DNA of 64,000 nucleotides, from contig OZ024761.1 in NCBI GenBank assembly GCA_964016885.1, positions 4,216,001 to 4,280,000 on the forward strand, in the 5' to 3' direction. Positions 39,464 through 50,901 of the stretch are shown one piece after another. Under the pieces are notes generated by a model that saw nothing but the letters and a program-made list of their open reading frames with translations, searched no databases and was not told the DNA's origin. Origin of the DNA: Eledone cirrhosa. Taxonomy: Eukaryota. Position 1 is the stretch's first letter; each line of letters starts with the position of its first letter. Position numbers and translations under genes: made by a program.

Positions 39464-39617
39464 GTAATAATAATAAATTTGAAGACTAAAATCCAAAGAG
39501 GGCTCGATAAGGATAAATATATATCAAATATATAAGAACCGTAGAGCAAATATTTATTAAAATATATATATATATATCCTTATAAAAAGAACGTTTGTTT
39601 CTACGTTGACTGCTAAT

Positions 39618-40163
39618 CTATCTAGCTAAGGCGGGTAAAATTCACGAGATCCATGGACGAGTTCTCTCCAGCAGTCTGTCCCTCATTATCGCTGCCATGT
39701 CCTGCGTCTCCAACAGACCAGTGTCTGTCCTTAGAGCATCAACATACGTCAACCTTGGTCTTCCTCTTCTGGTGTGTCCATGTAGGGGCTCCCAAAGGAG
39801 TACTGAGTGCAATGTCAACTCTGGATATCGGTGAGCATGTCCAACTAACCTCAGTCTCCTCTGTGTCACTTTTGAGCTGACTCTTGGGATGCTCCCATAC
39901 AGCTCTGAGTTTTTCATCCTCAGTGTATACTGATTAATGTGAAGGAGGCAGAGGATTTGATGCGGGAGGTTGAGACTGTGTCGATGAGTGTGGGGCTGAG
40001 AATGAATGAGACTAAAACAAAATATCTGGTAGAGAATGTTGAGAAGCCAGAGGGGATCACTAATGTAGGCGGGAAGCCGCTGGAATTGGTTGAGGACTTC
40101 CTGTATTTAGGAGCAAAGATTGGGAATACGGAAGATGATGTGGTTGAGAGGAAGAGCAAGGCC
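39618..40163. mobile_element. 5'-inverted, truncated RTE-like LINE with 11-bp TSD
   Basis: Minus-strand 3' end (RRLRLVGH...RRGRP) at 39618-39920; plus-strand RT end (VGLRMNETKTKYL...VEDFLYLGAKIG) at 39920-40163; TGACTGCTAAT at 39607-39617 and 40164-40174. Confidence 0.88.
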
Positions 40164-40435
40164 TGACTGCTAATAACACTAAATAAAATTTATAATATTT
40201 AAGGTTTTGCGTGTTTTCAACTAACCATCAAGCTCACTCTCTTCTATTTTCCGAAAATGGAATGAGGCGGGGGGGGGGGGGGGGGGGGGCAATTAAAGGA
40301 GAATTTACTGCCAATCCTAGCACACAGATAGTGTCTCTTCGTCTGTCATGTCATATATATATATATATGGACGCCATGTTTTGCAGCATAGAGTTACGTC
40401 CCTTTGTCGAATGTTCATAATACCAATCTAAATCA

Positions 40436-42050
40436 GGAGGGCCGATCTGAAATGTACGAACAGGTCCCTGCTGGCGGCTTTTTTATAGAAGCAGGTGTGG
40501 ATGTTGCCTTCCTCTGTTACCCTGAGTTGGAAGTCCAGCAGGGATAGGGATCCGCGGTCACGTACTTCACCTTCCACCACCACACATACAGACAGACAAC
40601 AGGATTACCCATGGGATCCAGCCTCTCTGGCCTGCTGGCCATCACTTACATGAACCAACTAGAATGCCGAGCCCTCAACACCTGCCATTCCCATGCCTTC
40701 TTCACCCGATATGTAGATGACATACTCATCCTTACATCATCCCGTGAGGAGGCAGAGAAAATATACACAACATTCTCCAGCATGGACGCCAGTATAAAGT
40801 TCAGCATAGAACACCCCGATGACCGCGGATCCCTATCCCTGCTGGACTTCCAACTCAGGGTAACAGAGGAAGGCAACATCCACACCTGCTTCTATAAAAA
40901 AGCCGCCAGCAGGGACCTGTTCGTACATTTCAGATCGGCCCTCCCACTCGGTGCCAAGTTCGGATACATAAAGAACGAACTGGCACGTATCAAGAACAAA
41001 TGCACCGACGCCAGAGACCGAGACACACACACCACACATTTCCTGGAAGTACTCAAACTGAACGGATACACGACATCCACCACAAACCGTGCCAGAAAGA
41101 ACAGAGGACACCACACCCGAGGCACTAACACTTGCTTCCTGAAGCTCCCACACTTCAGTGAAGAAACAACAACAGCCATCCGCAGAGCCATCAGACGAGA
41201 AGGTCTGGATATTCAACTGGCCCATTCGGGTCCTTCTTTGCGTGGACGGCTAGCTAAGAGACACTCCACCAGACATGACAACTGCTGCAGACTAGCCAAC
41301 TGCCCCATCAACGACACAGACCTATGCCACCAGGCTTACGTAGTTTACAGACTAGAGTGTGACAAATGCAACAACTTCTACGTAGGTAGCACCACCAGAC
41401 CACTCCACATAAGAATAAAAGAACACCTCAATACTAACGCTTCCTCATTTAAGAAACACCTAGTTAAATGCAAAAACACTGATAAAAACATAACAGTTAG
41501 GATAGAAACTAAGGAAAGAAACCTCGGCAATCTTAGAATCAAGGAAGCACTCATTATAGATAGAACACATCCACCAATCAATAATAGACTAGAGCTCAAC
41601 ACCCAATTTATAACCTGATAGGGCCTCTAGCCCCACTTTACACACCCCACACACACGCACGCGCACATCTCCACTTATTCTCCCTCACACATACACACAC
41701 AAAACCAGTTCTAACACCAGATAACACCTACCCCCCACTTTTACGATTAGACCTATCTTCCCACACTCACACACACACACACCCACATACCTACACCTTC
41801 ATGCTTTCTCCCACACACATATACAGGCACGCATATAAAATTTAAAAAAACACAACAAAAACATAAACAAACCCCTCTTAAAGGGAGACTACTCTTTACC
41901 CACCTAATTTTAATTCTTTGATATTAAAGTTAGAACTCTATACTATTTCCGGTCAGCATGGCTTCATTGGAAATTTAGACGCTGGTCTGAGACTTTTACT
42001 TCCCTCCGAAGAAGAGATATTATCTCGAAAATTAAGGACATTTAAATAAA
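40436..42050 (+). mobile_element. Penelope-like element, 5'-truncated, with a 125-bp inverted internal copy at its 5' junction
   Basis: 40436-40560 is the reverse complement of 40820-40944; RT + GIY-YIG frame follows; 3' region has a hammerhead-like motif at 42003-42037. Confidence 0.9.
40560..41618 (+). CDS. Penelope-type reverse transcriptase (C-terminal half) + GIY-YIG endonuclease; uninterrupted but 5'-truncated
   Basis: YRQTTGLPMGSSLS, RYVDD, LSLLD, FYKK, Cys-rich linker, VVYRLECDKCNNFYVGSTTRPLHIRIKEH, IKEALII...INN. Confidence 0.88.
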   Translation, partial: TYFTFHHHTYRQTTGLPMGSSLSGLLAITYMNQLECRALNTCHSHAFFTRYVDDILILTSSREEAEKIYTTFSSMDASIKFSIEHPDDRGSLSLLDFQLRVTEEGNIHTCFYKKAASRDLFVHFRSALPLGAKFGYIKNELARIKNKCTDARDRDTHTTHFLEVLKLNGYTTSTTNRARKNRGHHTRGTNTCFLKLPHFSEETTTAIRRAIRREGLDIQLAHSGPSLRGRLAKRHSTRHDNCCRLANCPINDTDLCHQAYVVYRLECDKCNNFYVGSTTRPLHIRIKEHLNTNASSFKKHLVKCKNTDKNITVRIETKERNLGNLRIKEALIIDRTHPPINNRLELNTQFIT

Positions 42051-42177
42051 TTCAAGGTGAAAGACGAATTCTCATCAATATCTTTCACTATTGCATTCTT
42101 TTTTCTATGTCCATATCTGCATTGTCTTGGCCTTATTACACATATTCTAACGTTTATATATATATATATATATATAC

Positions 42178-42932
42178 ATTCAGCGAGAATCGTAGAAATG
42201 CTGGCAAGCGCTCCAATAGTTAAAAAACTAGAGCTAAACAATATGTTAAAACGCGATACAAACTGAAAAAGTGGTCAAGAAACCTAAGCCAAAAAACAAT
42301 TCAAGCTAAACAGGTCAAACAAAATAAATGATAAAAACAGACCTGGACCCAAATGGAATTGATGGTAAAATCTAAATGCAGGGTTTCTATGACACCTAAA
42401 TCAATAATACTGTCTGCTTAAAACTATAAGCTTTTAGCATAATGATCGAACAAGAAATATCACGTTATCAACAGGTATTTTACTCTGTACCAAATTTGTG
42501 AATGACGTAGAACTTTGTAAAAGCACATGTGTAATTCACAAGGGAAAAAACCCCAGATTTTGGCAAATGAATTCAGTATGTGTATATCATGCAAAAAATT
42601 GCATAGATAGCACAAATCGAATAAGCACTCAACCAGGTAGTTTTTAAAATAAACTTATGCAATTAATCTGTCAATAGAATTATTAACAGGTTTATTGTAA
42701 GACTCGGGAGATTAATACAAATATAAATTCAGCGAAAATCATATTTCGGCGGGTAGAAAAAGCGAAACGAAACGCAAAATCGTAGATATGCTGGCAAGCG
42801 CTCCAATAGTTAAAAAACTAGAGCTAAACAATATGTTAAAACGCCATACAAACTGAAAAAGTGGTAAAGAAGGCATTAACCACCTAAGCTAAAAAACAAT
42901 TCAAGCTAAACAGGTCAAACAAAATAAATGAT
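42178..42932. repeat. (TA)n-flanked element with terminal direct repeats (42178-42332 and 42727-42932); diverged relative at about 15830-16325 (opposite strand)
   Basis: aatcgtag..ctggcaagcgctccaatagtt..caggtcaaacaaaataaatgata repeated with 590-bp period. Confidence 0.7.
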
Positions 42933-43334
42933 ACATATATATATATTATATAGGAAAATGTTTAACCCCGACGGCAGAGCTCAAGCCATTTCGACGGCTA
43001 CTTCTGGACTGTATTGAGTACTCTGGTGCGTTATGGTTCATCTGGTTCCTTATCACACCTTATAATATATATATATATATATATATATTATTCCTTATAA
43101 TATATATATTATTCAAAACATTAATAAATGAAGACGTTCACATAATCAAAATATATTTTATTATATATATTTCGGAGGTACTGTGCTGTTTTTCAGTACG
43201 TCCTCGTCGTTGTTAAATTATATTCATTGATTACTCAATGAACCATATTAATCTTTGTTATATATATGTATATATATCCTTACAAAATAGAAGTTTGTAC
43301 GTTGACCGCTAACAACACTAGATAAAATTGCTAA

Positions 43335-43870
43335 TAATTGATTTCGGTGTTGTCTCTGATCTCTTTGATTCTGTGCTGGATGTTTGTGTTAAGAGAGGGG
43401 TTGAGCTGTCAACTGATCACCATCTAGTTATCTGTAACCTGAGACTACCTAAAGCCAACGAAGCCCACAAAATTGACAGGTCCAGGGCGACTTGCAGGAT
43501 AAAATGGGAAGCATTGATGAAAGTCAAGACCAGGTATGCAGATACTATTGCATCCAAATTCAGAGAACTCCCTGGGCAAACTGAGGATGTTGATACGGAG
43601 TAGAGATTGTTCAGTGCAGCAGTTTCTGCTTCAGCTGTTAAATGCTGCGGGCGAAAGGAGCTTGGCGCCGGATGGCAGGAAGACTCCTTGGTTCAATCAA
43701 GAGGTCAAAGATGCCATCTGAGCAAAGAAGGAGGCTTACAAAGCTTGGCTTGGAAATAAGTTCTTCTTGTGGTACAAGTAGGCACGGAAAACCGCAGCAG
43801 AGACATGGGGGGGGGGGGGGACTTTGGAGTTAAGCTGATAAAATGTTCTGGCAGACCATCCGCAGACTAT
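43335..43870 (+). mobile_element. Degraded LINE ORF2 fragment (end of AP endonuclease + linker)
   Basis: IDFGVV..VLDVCVKRGVELSTDHHLVICNLRL; KTPWFNQEVKDAI; FWQTIR; several frameshifts. Confidence 0.75.
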
Positions 43871-43914
43871 ATTGTATAAAGTAAAATATTTAATTCAGAT
43901 TAGAGCCGACAGAC

Positions 43915-44060
43915 TTGGGATTCAGGTGCTGGACAAGCTGAAAATCTGAAGCTGTTGAAATATCGGCCTCTTTCCGTTAGGTTTGTCGTTGAACCTATAA
44001 CAGTGGAGACTTCTGGCATTCTGGGTCCCCGAACCACCTCTTTACTTACTGCCCAAAACA
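43915..44060 (+). mobile_element. CRE-like retrotransposon restriction-like endonuclease fragment
   Basis: AGQAENLKLLKYRPLSVRFVVEPITVETSGILGP fits the AE..K..KY..L....F.P..VET.G..G pattern. Confidence 0.55.
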
Positions 44061-45468
44061 CCCTAGACGGCGCACCTTTGACCCCTTCAGGAGTTAAGGG
44101 CCCGTTACTTAAAAAAAAATTTTTTTTTTTACCTGTAGTCGATGAATAAGTCAGGGTTTCCATGATGCGGTTCATGGTTTGGATCAGTCATGAGCAAACT
44201 GTGGTCCGTTTGGCTTTCTGAACGGCACGCCTAATTTCAAAATTGTATCGATTTTTTTAGTAGTGTGGCCCGCCGTATGATGAACCATGTCATACACGGG
44301 CCACTGCTCGAAAGAGATTGCCCATTCTCAGAGGCACAACTAGGGAAAATAGTACCTGTGGCAAGCAGTGAAATTGTGCTCCTGCCCAGCACTGTATTTC
44401 TACCTATGGAGGTTTAATAATTTATATAAATGGTTTAATGATCCAGCCACCCTAGTGTTCTCACCCAGATCATACATATGATGGAGTTTCTTTCTCCACT
44501 CTCCGATGAGGTTTATTTGACTTTAATAGAACCTGCTCCTAGTCCAAGTGGCGTCCATGGCACGTGCCATGCTCGCCATACCCTAGTTATGCCTCTCCTG
44601 CCTGGTCTAAAACATTTGGATATCCCTGATATCCCTGGTCTAAGTTGTACCAAAACACAAAAATTTTCTGTTCATTTGAAGCCTCACAGTGTAGTAGTGG
44701 TGTGTTCATTCATGTGTCGTGACAAATACAATGTTCCATGTGGTCGAAACAATTTCAGGGCGATTCAACCAATTGTACGAGGTATATCTCTGAGAAACAC
44801 GCTCAATGTACTTCCATAAAACATAATATCTTACGTAAGTAATCATCTTTTAAATGTTATTTAAACATCGAAAGCTTTAATGTTTACATAAACTGTTCCG
44901 TAATGTTTGTAAATCGATAAGTTAATACATTTCTTTCGGTGTTTATATTTTTCCCCCGGAGTAAAAGATAGCCGCAAGGATTATCAAAAATCTGATTTAT
45001 AGTTTTGATTCTGTTATAAATAAACATTTGATAATTACGATCAGTAAACAATTGGCAATGATAATATTTTTCTTATCAGAAAATTTACTTCCGATACATA
45101 ATTTGTTTAAAATGAATGTTTTAAAATAAAATACTCCGCAATATATATATATATATATATATATATGAAAATGTTCAAGACCCCGACGGCAGAGCTCAAG
45201 CAGTTTCGACGGCTATATCTGGAGTCCAGAAATAGCCGTCGAAACGGCTTGAGCTCTGCCGTCGGGGTCTTGAACATTTTCCTATTACCCACTCTACTAC
45301 CCTAAGTATTGAGTACTCTGCTGCGTTATGGTCCACCTGGTTCCTTACCACACTTCCTTCGTTATATATATAGTAGTATAAGTTTGGTAGAAATATCCAA
45401 GGGTAAGAGTACTCGGTCCATAAGACGAGTTAAGTATAATTAGTTACAACAGTGACATACGTCTGTTG

Positions 45469-45509
<41 letters not shown>

Positions 45510-45510
<1 letters not shown>

Positions 45511-45732
45511 TTTATTAAAATAACAGATTAAAGTTTAAGCAAAGAATCGTTGCTTTCACCCTTAACGGGATCTTCTGAAGATCCCGTTAAGGGTGAAAGC
45601 AGCGATTCTTCGCTTAAACTTTAATCTGTTATTTTAATAAATATTTGCTCTACGGTTCTTATATATCTGATATATATTTATCCTTATCGAGCCCTCTTTG
45701 GATTGTAGTCTTCAAATTTATTATTATTACTA
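45510..45732 (+). mobile_element. (TA)n-inserted fold-back element centred on a hammerhead core (family P)
   Basis: Palindrome 45510-45642 centred at 45576 inside CTGAAGA; then tCCCgttaaGGGt-GAAA-gcAGCGAttctTCGCT-TA^AA. Tail also at 29515-29610 and 39461-39565 (-). Confidence 0.7.
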
Positions 45733-46721
45733 TATATATATATATATAATGTGACGATTTTCTTCGAATTAAACAGTTCTAGTTCTGTAGAAGCCATTTC
45801 TATATTAAACTTTGTATATATTCTACTAATGTACTGAGTACCTTACTGTGGCTACTCTCGATTGAACCCGGGACTTATATATATATAATTATACACACAC
45901 ACACCTGTATGTATATATATATATATATATATAATCTGTGATATAGAGAGTTGTATTTGTTTTTCCTGTTCATTTTGTGATTCTGAACACGCCTTGCTAA
46001 GCTTCAAACTGTTACATAATAGTTTCTTGGGGGGAAGTCTATCAGATCGCCCCACCACCACTCTGGGTTTCGTTCCACTTCAGAAGGATCAAAGGCAAAG
46101 CTAACCTCGGAATAAATACCATCAGATAGATATGTTTCTTTATTGAAAATGGATATAAAAACGAGAACCAACGTCTCGATGGAGTCCGAAGCTCTATTAG
46201 TAAATTATTTTTCTATATAGTATTTGGGATCGTGAACTGGTTGAATGGTTAGAATGTCTGGTAGAATGCTTCGCTGTATTGTTGCCTTCTGCGCTCTGTC
46301 AACATTAGTAGCGGCACTCCATCGGTTACGTCGACGACGAATGTTCTAGTTGATACGATCAATGGAACAGCCTGCTTGTGAAACTAACATGCAAGTGGCT
46401 GAGCATTCCACAGACACGCGTACCTTTAAGGTAGTTCTCAAGGAGATTCAACGTGACACAGAACGGGACAAATGGTTTTTCGAGCTACAGGTACAACCAG
46501 ATGAGTGCACTGGAGTAACGTGAAATAAAGTGTCTTGTTTAAGAACACAATGCACCGCCGCGTCCTGGATTTGAACTCACAACCTAACGATTGTGAGCTC
46601 AACGCTTCAACCACTAAGCCACGTGCCTTCACTGGGTCCAAATAGGCATATGTTTAATTATTGACTTCTAAAAATCTTCGCCTTCTTAGGTGTGTTGTAG
46701 GGGTCAATACTGTAAAAATAA

Positions 46722-47410
46722 ACATGTACACCAGGTCCAAACACAGAGGAGCCAAACTCCCACCGCCTCTGTCTCTCTCATCCTCCCCATCTCTCACATG
46801 TACACCAGGTTCAAATACAGAGGAGCCAAGCTCCCACTGTCACCGCCTCTGTCTCTCTCATCCTCCCCATCTCTCACATGTACACCAGGTCCAAACACAG
46901 AGGAGCCAAACTCCCACTGTCACCGCCTCTGTCTCTCTCATCCTCCCCATCTCTCACATGTACACCAGGTCCAAACACAGAGGAGCCAAACTCCCACTGT
47001 CACCGCCTCTGTCTCTCTCATCCTCCCCATCTCTCACATGTACACCAGGTCCAAATACAGAGGAGCTAAACTCCCACTGTCACCGCCTCTGTCTCTCTCA
47101 TCCTCCCCATCTCTCACATGTACACCAGGTCCAAACACAGAGGAGCCAAACTCCCACTGTCACCGCCTCTGTCTCTCTCATCCTCCCCATCTCTCACATG
47201 TACACCAGGTCCAAACACAGAGGAGCCAAACTCCCACTGTCACTGCCTCTGTCTCTCTCATCCTCCCCATCTCTCACATGTACACCAGGTCCAAACACAG
47301 AAGAACCAAACTCCCACTGTCACCGCCTCTGTCTCTCTCATCCTCCCCATCTCTCACATGTACACCAGGTCCAAACACAGAGGAGCCAAACTCCCACTGT
47401 CACCGCCTCT
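46722..47410. repeat. 80-bp minisatellite (~8.5 copies)
   Basis: catgtacaccaggtccaaacacagaggagccaaactcccactgtcaccgcctctgtctctctcatcctccccatctctca. Confidence 0.95.
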
Positions 47411-47828
47411 GTATTATGAGCAAATGGGGTCCCACGCGCTGGAAGAGCCATTCCAGCTTGCTGGGCTCACACCTGCGGGTAGTTAACTGCGGGCAGCCTA
47501 TGGTGGTAAGTTGGGAGGTGACCCTAGAGCCAAGGACATGAGAAGTCTCCACCGGTGGATAAAATAAACCATTAAGTCTCTTTGTGTTCAAAAGAGATTA
47601 ACATTCCACAAAGAATTATTGGCTTCTAAAATTCTTTGTCTTCTTCCTCACAATTATATTAAATATGCTTTATTCATTTTTATTGTTTACTATACTGCCA
47701 TGAGGCATATAGTTTAAAATTCTCATACTGATATTTATTAATCCTTTCTATAGCTTTAATGAAAAATAAATACGTTTTTCAATAATCAAGAAATTTTGGG
47801 TTAGGGATTGAGTAATATAACTTTCTCA

Positions 47829-48717
47829 TTAGCCATTTAGCATTTACATTACTCTATATATACTATTGTATTTTCACAGTAAAGGTTTACCTCACATAAT
47901 ATCTCACATAACATTTACATTACTCTATATATACTATTGTATTTTCACAGTAAAGGCTTCACTTCACATAATATCTCACATAACATTTACATTACTCAAT
48001 ATATACTATTGTATTTTCACAGTAAGGGCTTTACCTCACATAATATCTCACATAACATTTACATTACTCTATATATACTATTGTATTTTCACAGTAAGGG
48101 CTTTACCTCACATAATATCTCACATAACATTTACATTACTCTATATATACTATTGTATTTTCACAGTAAAGGCTTTACCTCACATAATACCTCACATACC
48201 ATTTACATTACTCTGTATATACTATTGTATTTTCACAGTAAAGGCTTTACCTCACATAATATCTCACATAACATTTACATTACTCAATATATACTATTGT
48301 ATTTTCACAGTAAGGGCTTTACCTCACATAATATCTCACATAACATTTACATTACTCTATATATACTATTGTATTTTCACAGTAAAGGCTTTACCTCACA
48401 TAATACCTCACATACCATTTACATTACTCTGTATATACTATTGTATTTTCACAGTAAAGGCTTTACCTCATAATATCTCACATAACATTTACATTACTCT
48501 ATATATACTATTGTATTTTCACAGTAAAGGCTTTACCTCACATAATATCTCACATAACATTTACATTACTCGATATGTACTATTGTATTTTCACAGTAAA
48601 GGCTTTACCTCACATAATATTGAATCTATGACATTTTGATATTATTTATTTTGAGAACAATACCTTAACATCAGTATGAGTGGCCAGTTATAGCCAGTTT
48701 AAATGCTAATGGGTTAA
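47829..48717. mobile_element. piggyBac-like MITE with internal 72-bp tandem expansion (~11 copies)
   Basis: TTAG-CCATTTAGCATTTA...TAAATGCTAATGGG-TTAA enclosing the array. Confidence 0.8.
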
Positions 48718-48989
48718 CTTAGCTTACAGTTTCCCTTTAGAATGGATATGCAATAGTATGTGTATGTTATGTTTTAATAAAGTAGCATAGCTCACAGGCC
48801 CCCATGTGGTCTGAAGACCCTCATATGTGGTCTGCAGACCCCAGATTGAGAACTACTGATCAACAACATGTCCCAGACCTATGAGCAGCCAGTTTGAACA
48901 GAAAGAGGTGAGAGAATGCTGACTGGATTTGGCCGGTTTAAATGCTAAAGGGTTAAATAATATTATCTCTTCTTCAGATTGGTTCTGTT

Positions 48990-49109
48990 ATGTTGGAAGA
49001 TCTGCTACAATATGAGGTGTCTGAATACCTACACCTACCTGTTTGGCTCCTGTTGCTCACAATTATTTCATTCACATACCTCACTAAATTATGGAAGACC
49101 AAAGACCAG
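48990..49109 (+). CDS. TYW1: TYW1 probable first coding exon (MLEDLLQYEVSEYLHLPVWLLLLTIISFTYLTKLWKTKDQ), N-terminal membrane anchor
   Basis: Acceptor tcttcttcag at 48977, in-frame ATG at 48990, CAG|GTAAAT donor, phase 0; hydrophobic helix as in eukaryotic TYW1; not in the ORF track. Confidence 0.72.
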
Positions 49110-49134
49110 GTAAATTGATTTTTATTTCCAAGTT

Positions 49135-49860
49135 GTCCACCCATAATACCTACACCTCCAAGCCTGCTGTCATTACCTTTCCAGAAGAATTTAAAATATT
49201 GTTTTCTACCTGAAAGATTCTCCTCACCACCTGGTCTCTTGTATACAACATACATCAACTTTCTTTTGCTCAAGCATCTCCACCGTCTCACCTGGCCTAC
49301 CTTTCAGCATCCCTACGTTGACGGTCGTGGCTCTGAAGTCTTGGGGAAGGGATACTGCGTTCCTGGTGGTGAATGATGCCTTGTTGCCTTTTTTTGTTTG
49401 AAAAGGAGAGGGCAGGTATGGTCACTCAGGGCTGGGCGTTTGCATTGTGACCTTGTTTATTATAAATATTACTTACCAGGACAGGTGTTAGTGGTGCTAC
49501 TGGGGGGTGGGGCGTATTAGTGGCACAGGTCTCATTGTTAAGAGTTAGTGATGCATGTGTTGGTGGTGCAAATATTACCTGTAGGGGTGACAGGTGTTGG
49601 TGGTGCAAATATTACCTGTAGGGGTGGACAGGTGTTGGTGGTGCAAATATTACCTGTAGGGGTGACAGGTGTTGGTGGTGCAAATATTACCTGTAGGGGT
49701 GGACAGGTGTTGGTGGTGCAAATATTACCTGTTGGGGTGACAGGTGTTGGTGGTGCAAATATTACCTGTAGGGGTGGACAGGTGTTGGTGGTGCAAATAT
49801 TACCTGTAGGGGTGGACAGGTGTTGGTGGTGCAAATATTACCTGTAGGGGTGGACAGGTG
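49135..49860 (-). mobile_element. 5' part of an RTE LINE (start of AP endonuclease) with a ~39-bp minisatellite at 49555-49860
   Basis: Minus strand TVNVGMLKGRPGETVEMLEQRKVDVCCIQETRW, then FWKGNDSRLGGVGI. Confidence 0.75.
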
Positions 49861-50059
49861 TGTTTGTTATGGAGTGATATTACACATAAGAGTATTGGGT
49901 GACTCTGTTATCATTGGACTATGGTAGTGAGTGAAGGTGGGGAAAATATTTAAGAGATTTCAAAACACGATTTTAAAAAGCTTAAAAGTAGATTTAACAA
50001 AAGGATTACATGAAATATTAATAACAGAAATTTGATAGAGATAATTGAGCTTAACTATG

Positions 50060-50137
<78 letters not shown>

Positions 50138-50181
50138 TAGACACATAGAGAGAGAGAGAGATAATTCAGCTTAACTGTGAA

Positions 50182-50231
<50 letters not shown>

Positions 50232-50347
50232 GAGAGAGAGAGAGAGGGAGAGAGATAATTCAGCTTAACTGTGAATCTCTCTCTCTATATATATATACAT
50301 ATATATATACACATAGAGAGGGAGAGAGATAATTCAGCTTAACTGTG

Positions 50348-50380
<33 letters not shown>

Positions 50381-50605
50381 AGAGAGAGATAATTCAGCTT
50401 AACTATGAATGTATAGATATATATAATATGTAAAGATAACACACCTTTCGTAGTTTATAGATTCCATACACTGGTGGTTTTCCCTGTACATTGATAAACA
50501 CACACTTTCTCTCCAGTGTATTATATTTGAAGAGCTCAGGATTATTTTTCCTTTGAGCTCATAAATTACAGCAACTAACGCGAGTTTATGACTCCGTTAA
50601 TTTAT

Positions 50606-50652
<47 letters not shown>

Positions 50653-50870
50653 AACGAGTAGGACCCCGACGGCTGAGCTCAAGCCGTTTCGACGGCTAAT
50701 TCTGGACTAAATGAACATTTTTATCCTCATTTAGTCCAGAATTAGCCGTCGAAACGGCTTGAGCTCAGCCGTCGGGGTCCTACTCGTTCCTATTACTCAC
50801 TCTACTACCCTAAGTATTGAGTACTTTGGTGCGTTATGGTCCACCTGGTTCCTTACCACATTTCCTTTGT

Positions 50871-50901
<31 letters not shown>

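Noticed and set aside
44478-44819. 113-aa ATG-initiated ORF in the intergenic region
   Set aside because: No recognisable domain or splice pattern; lies among decayed repeats.
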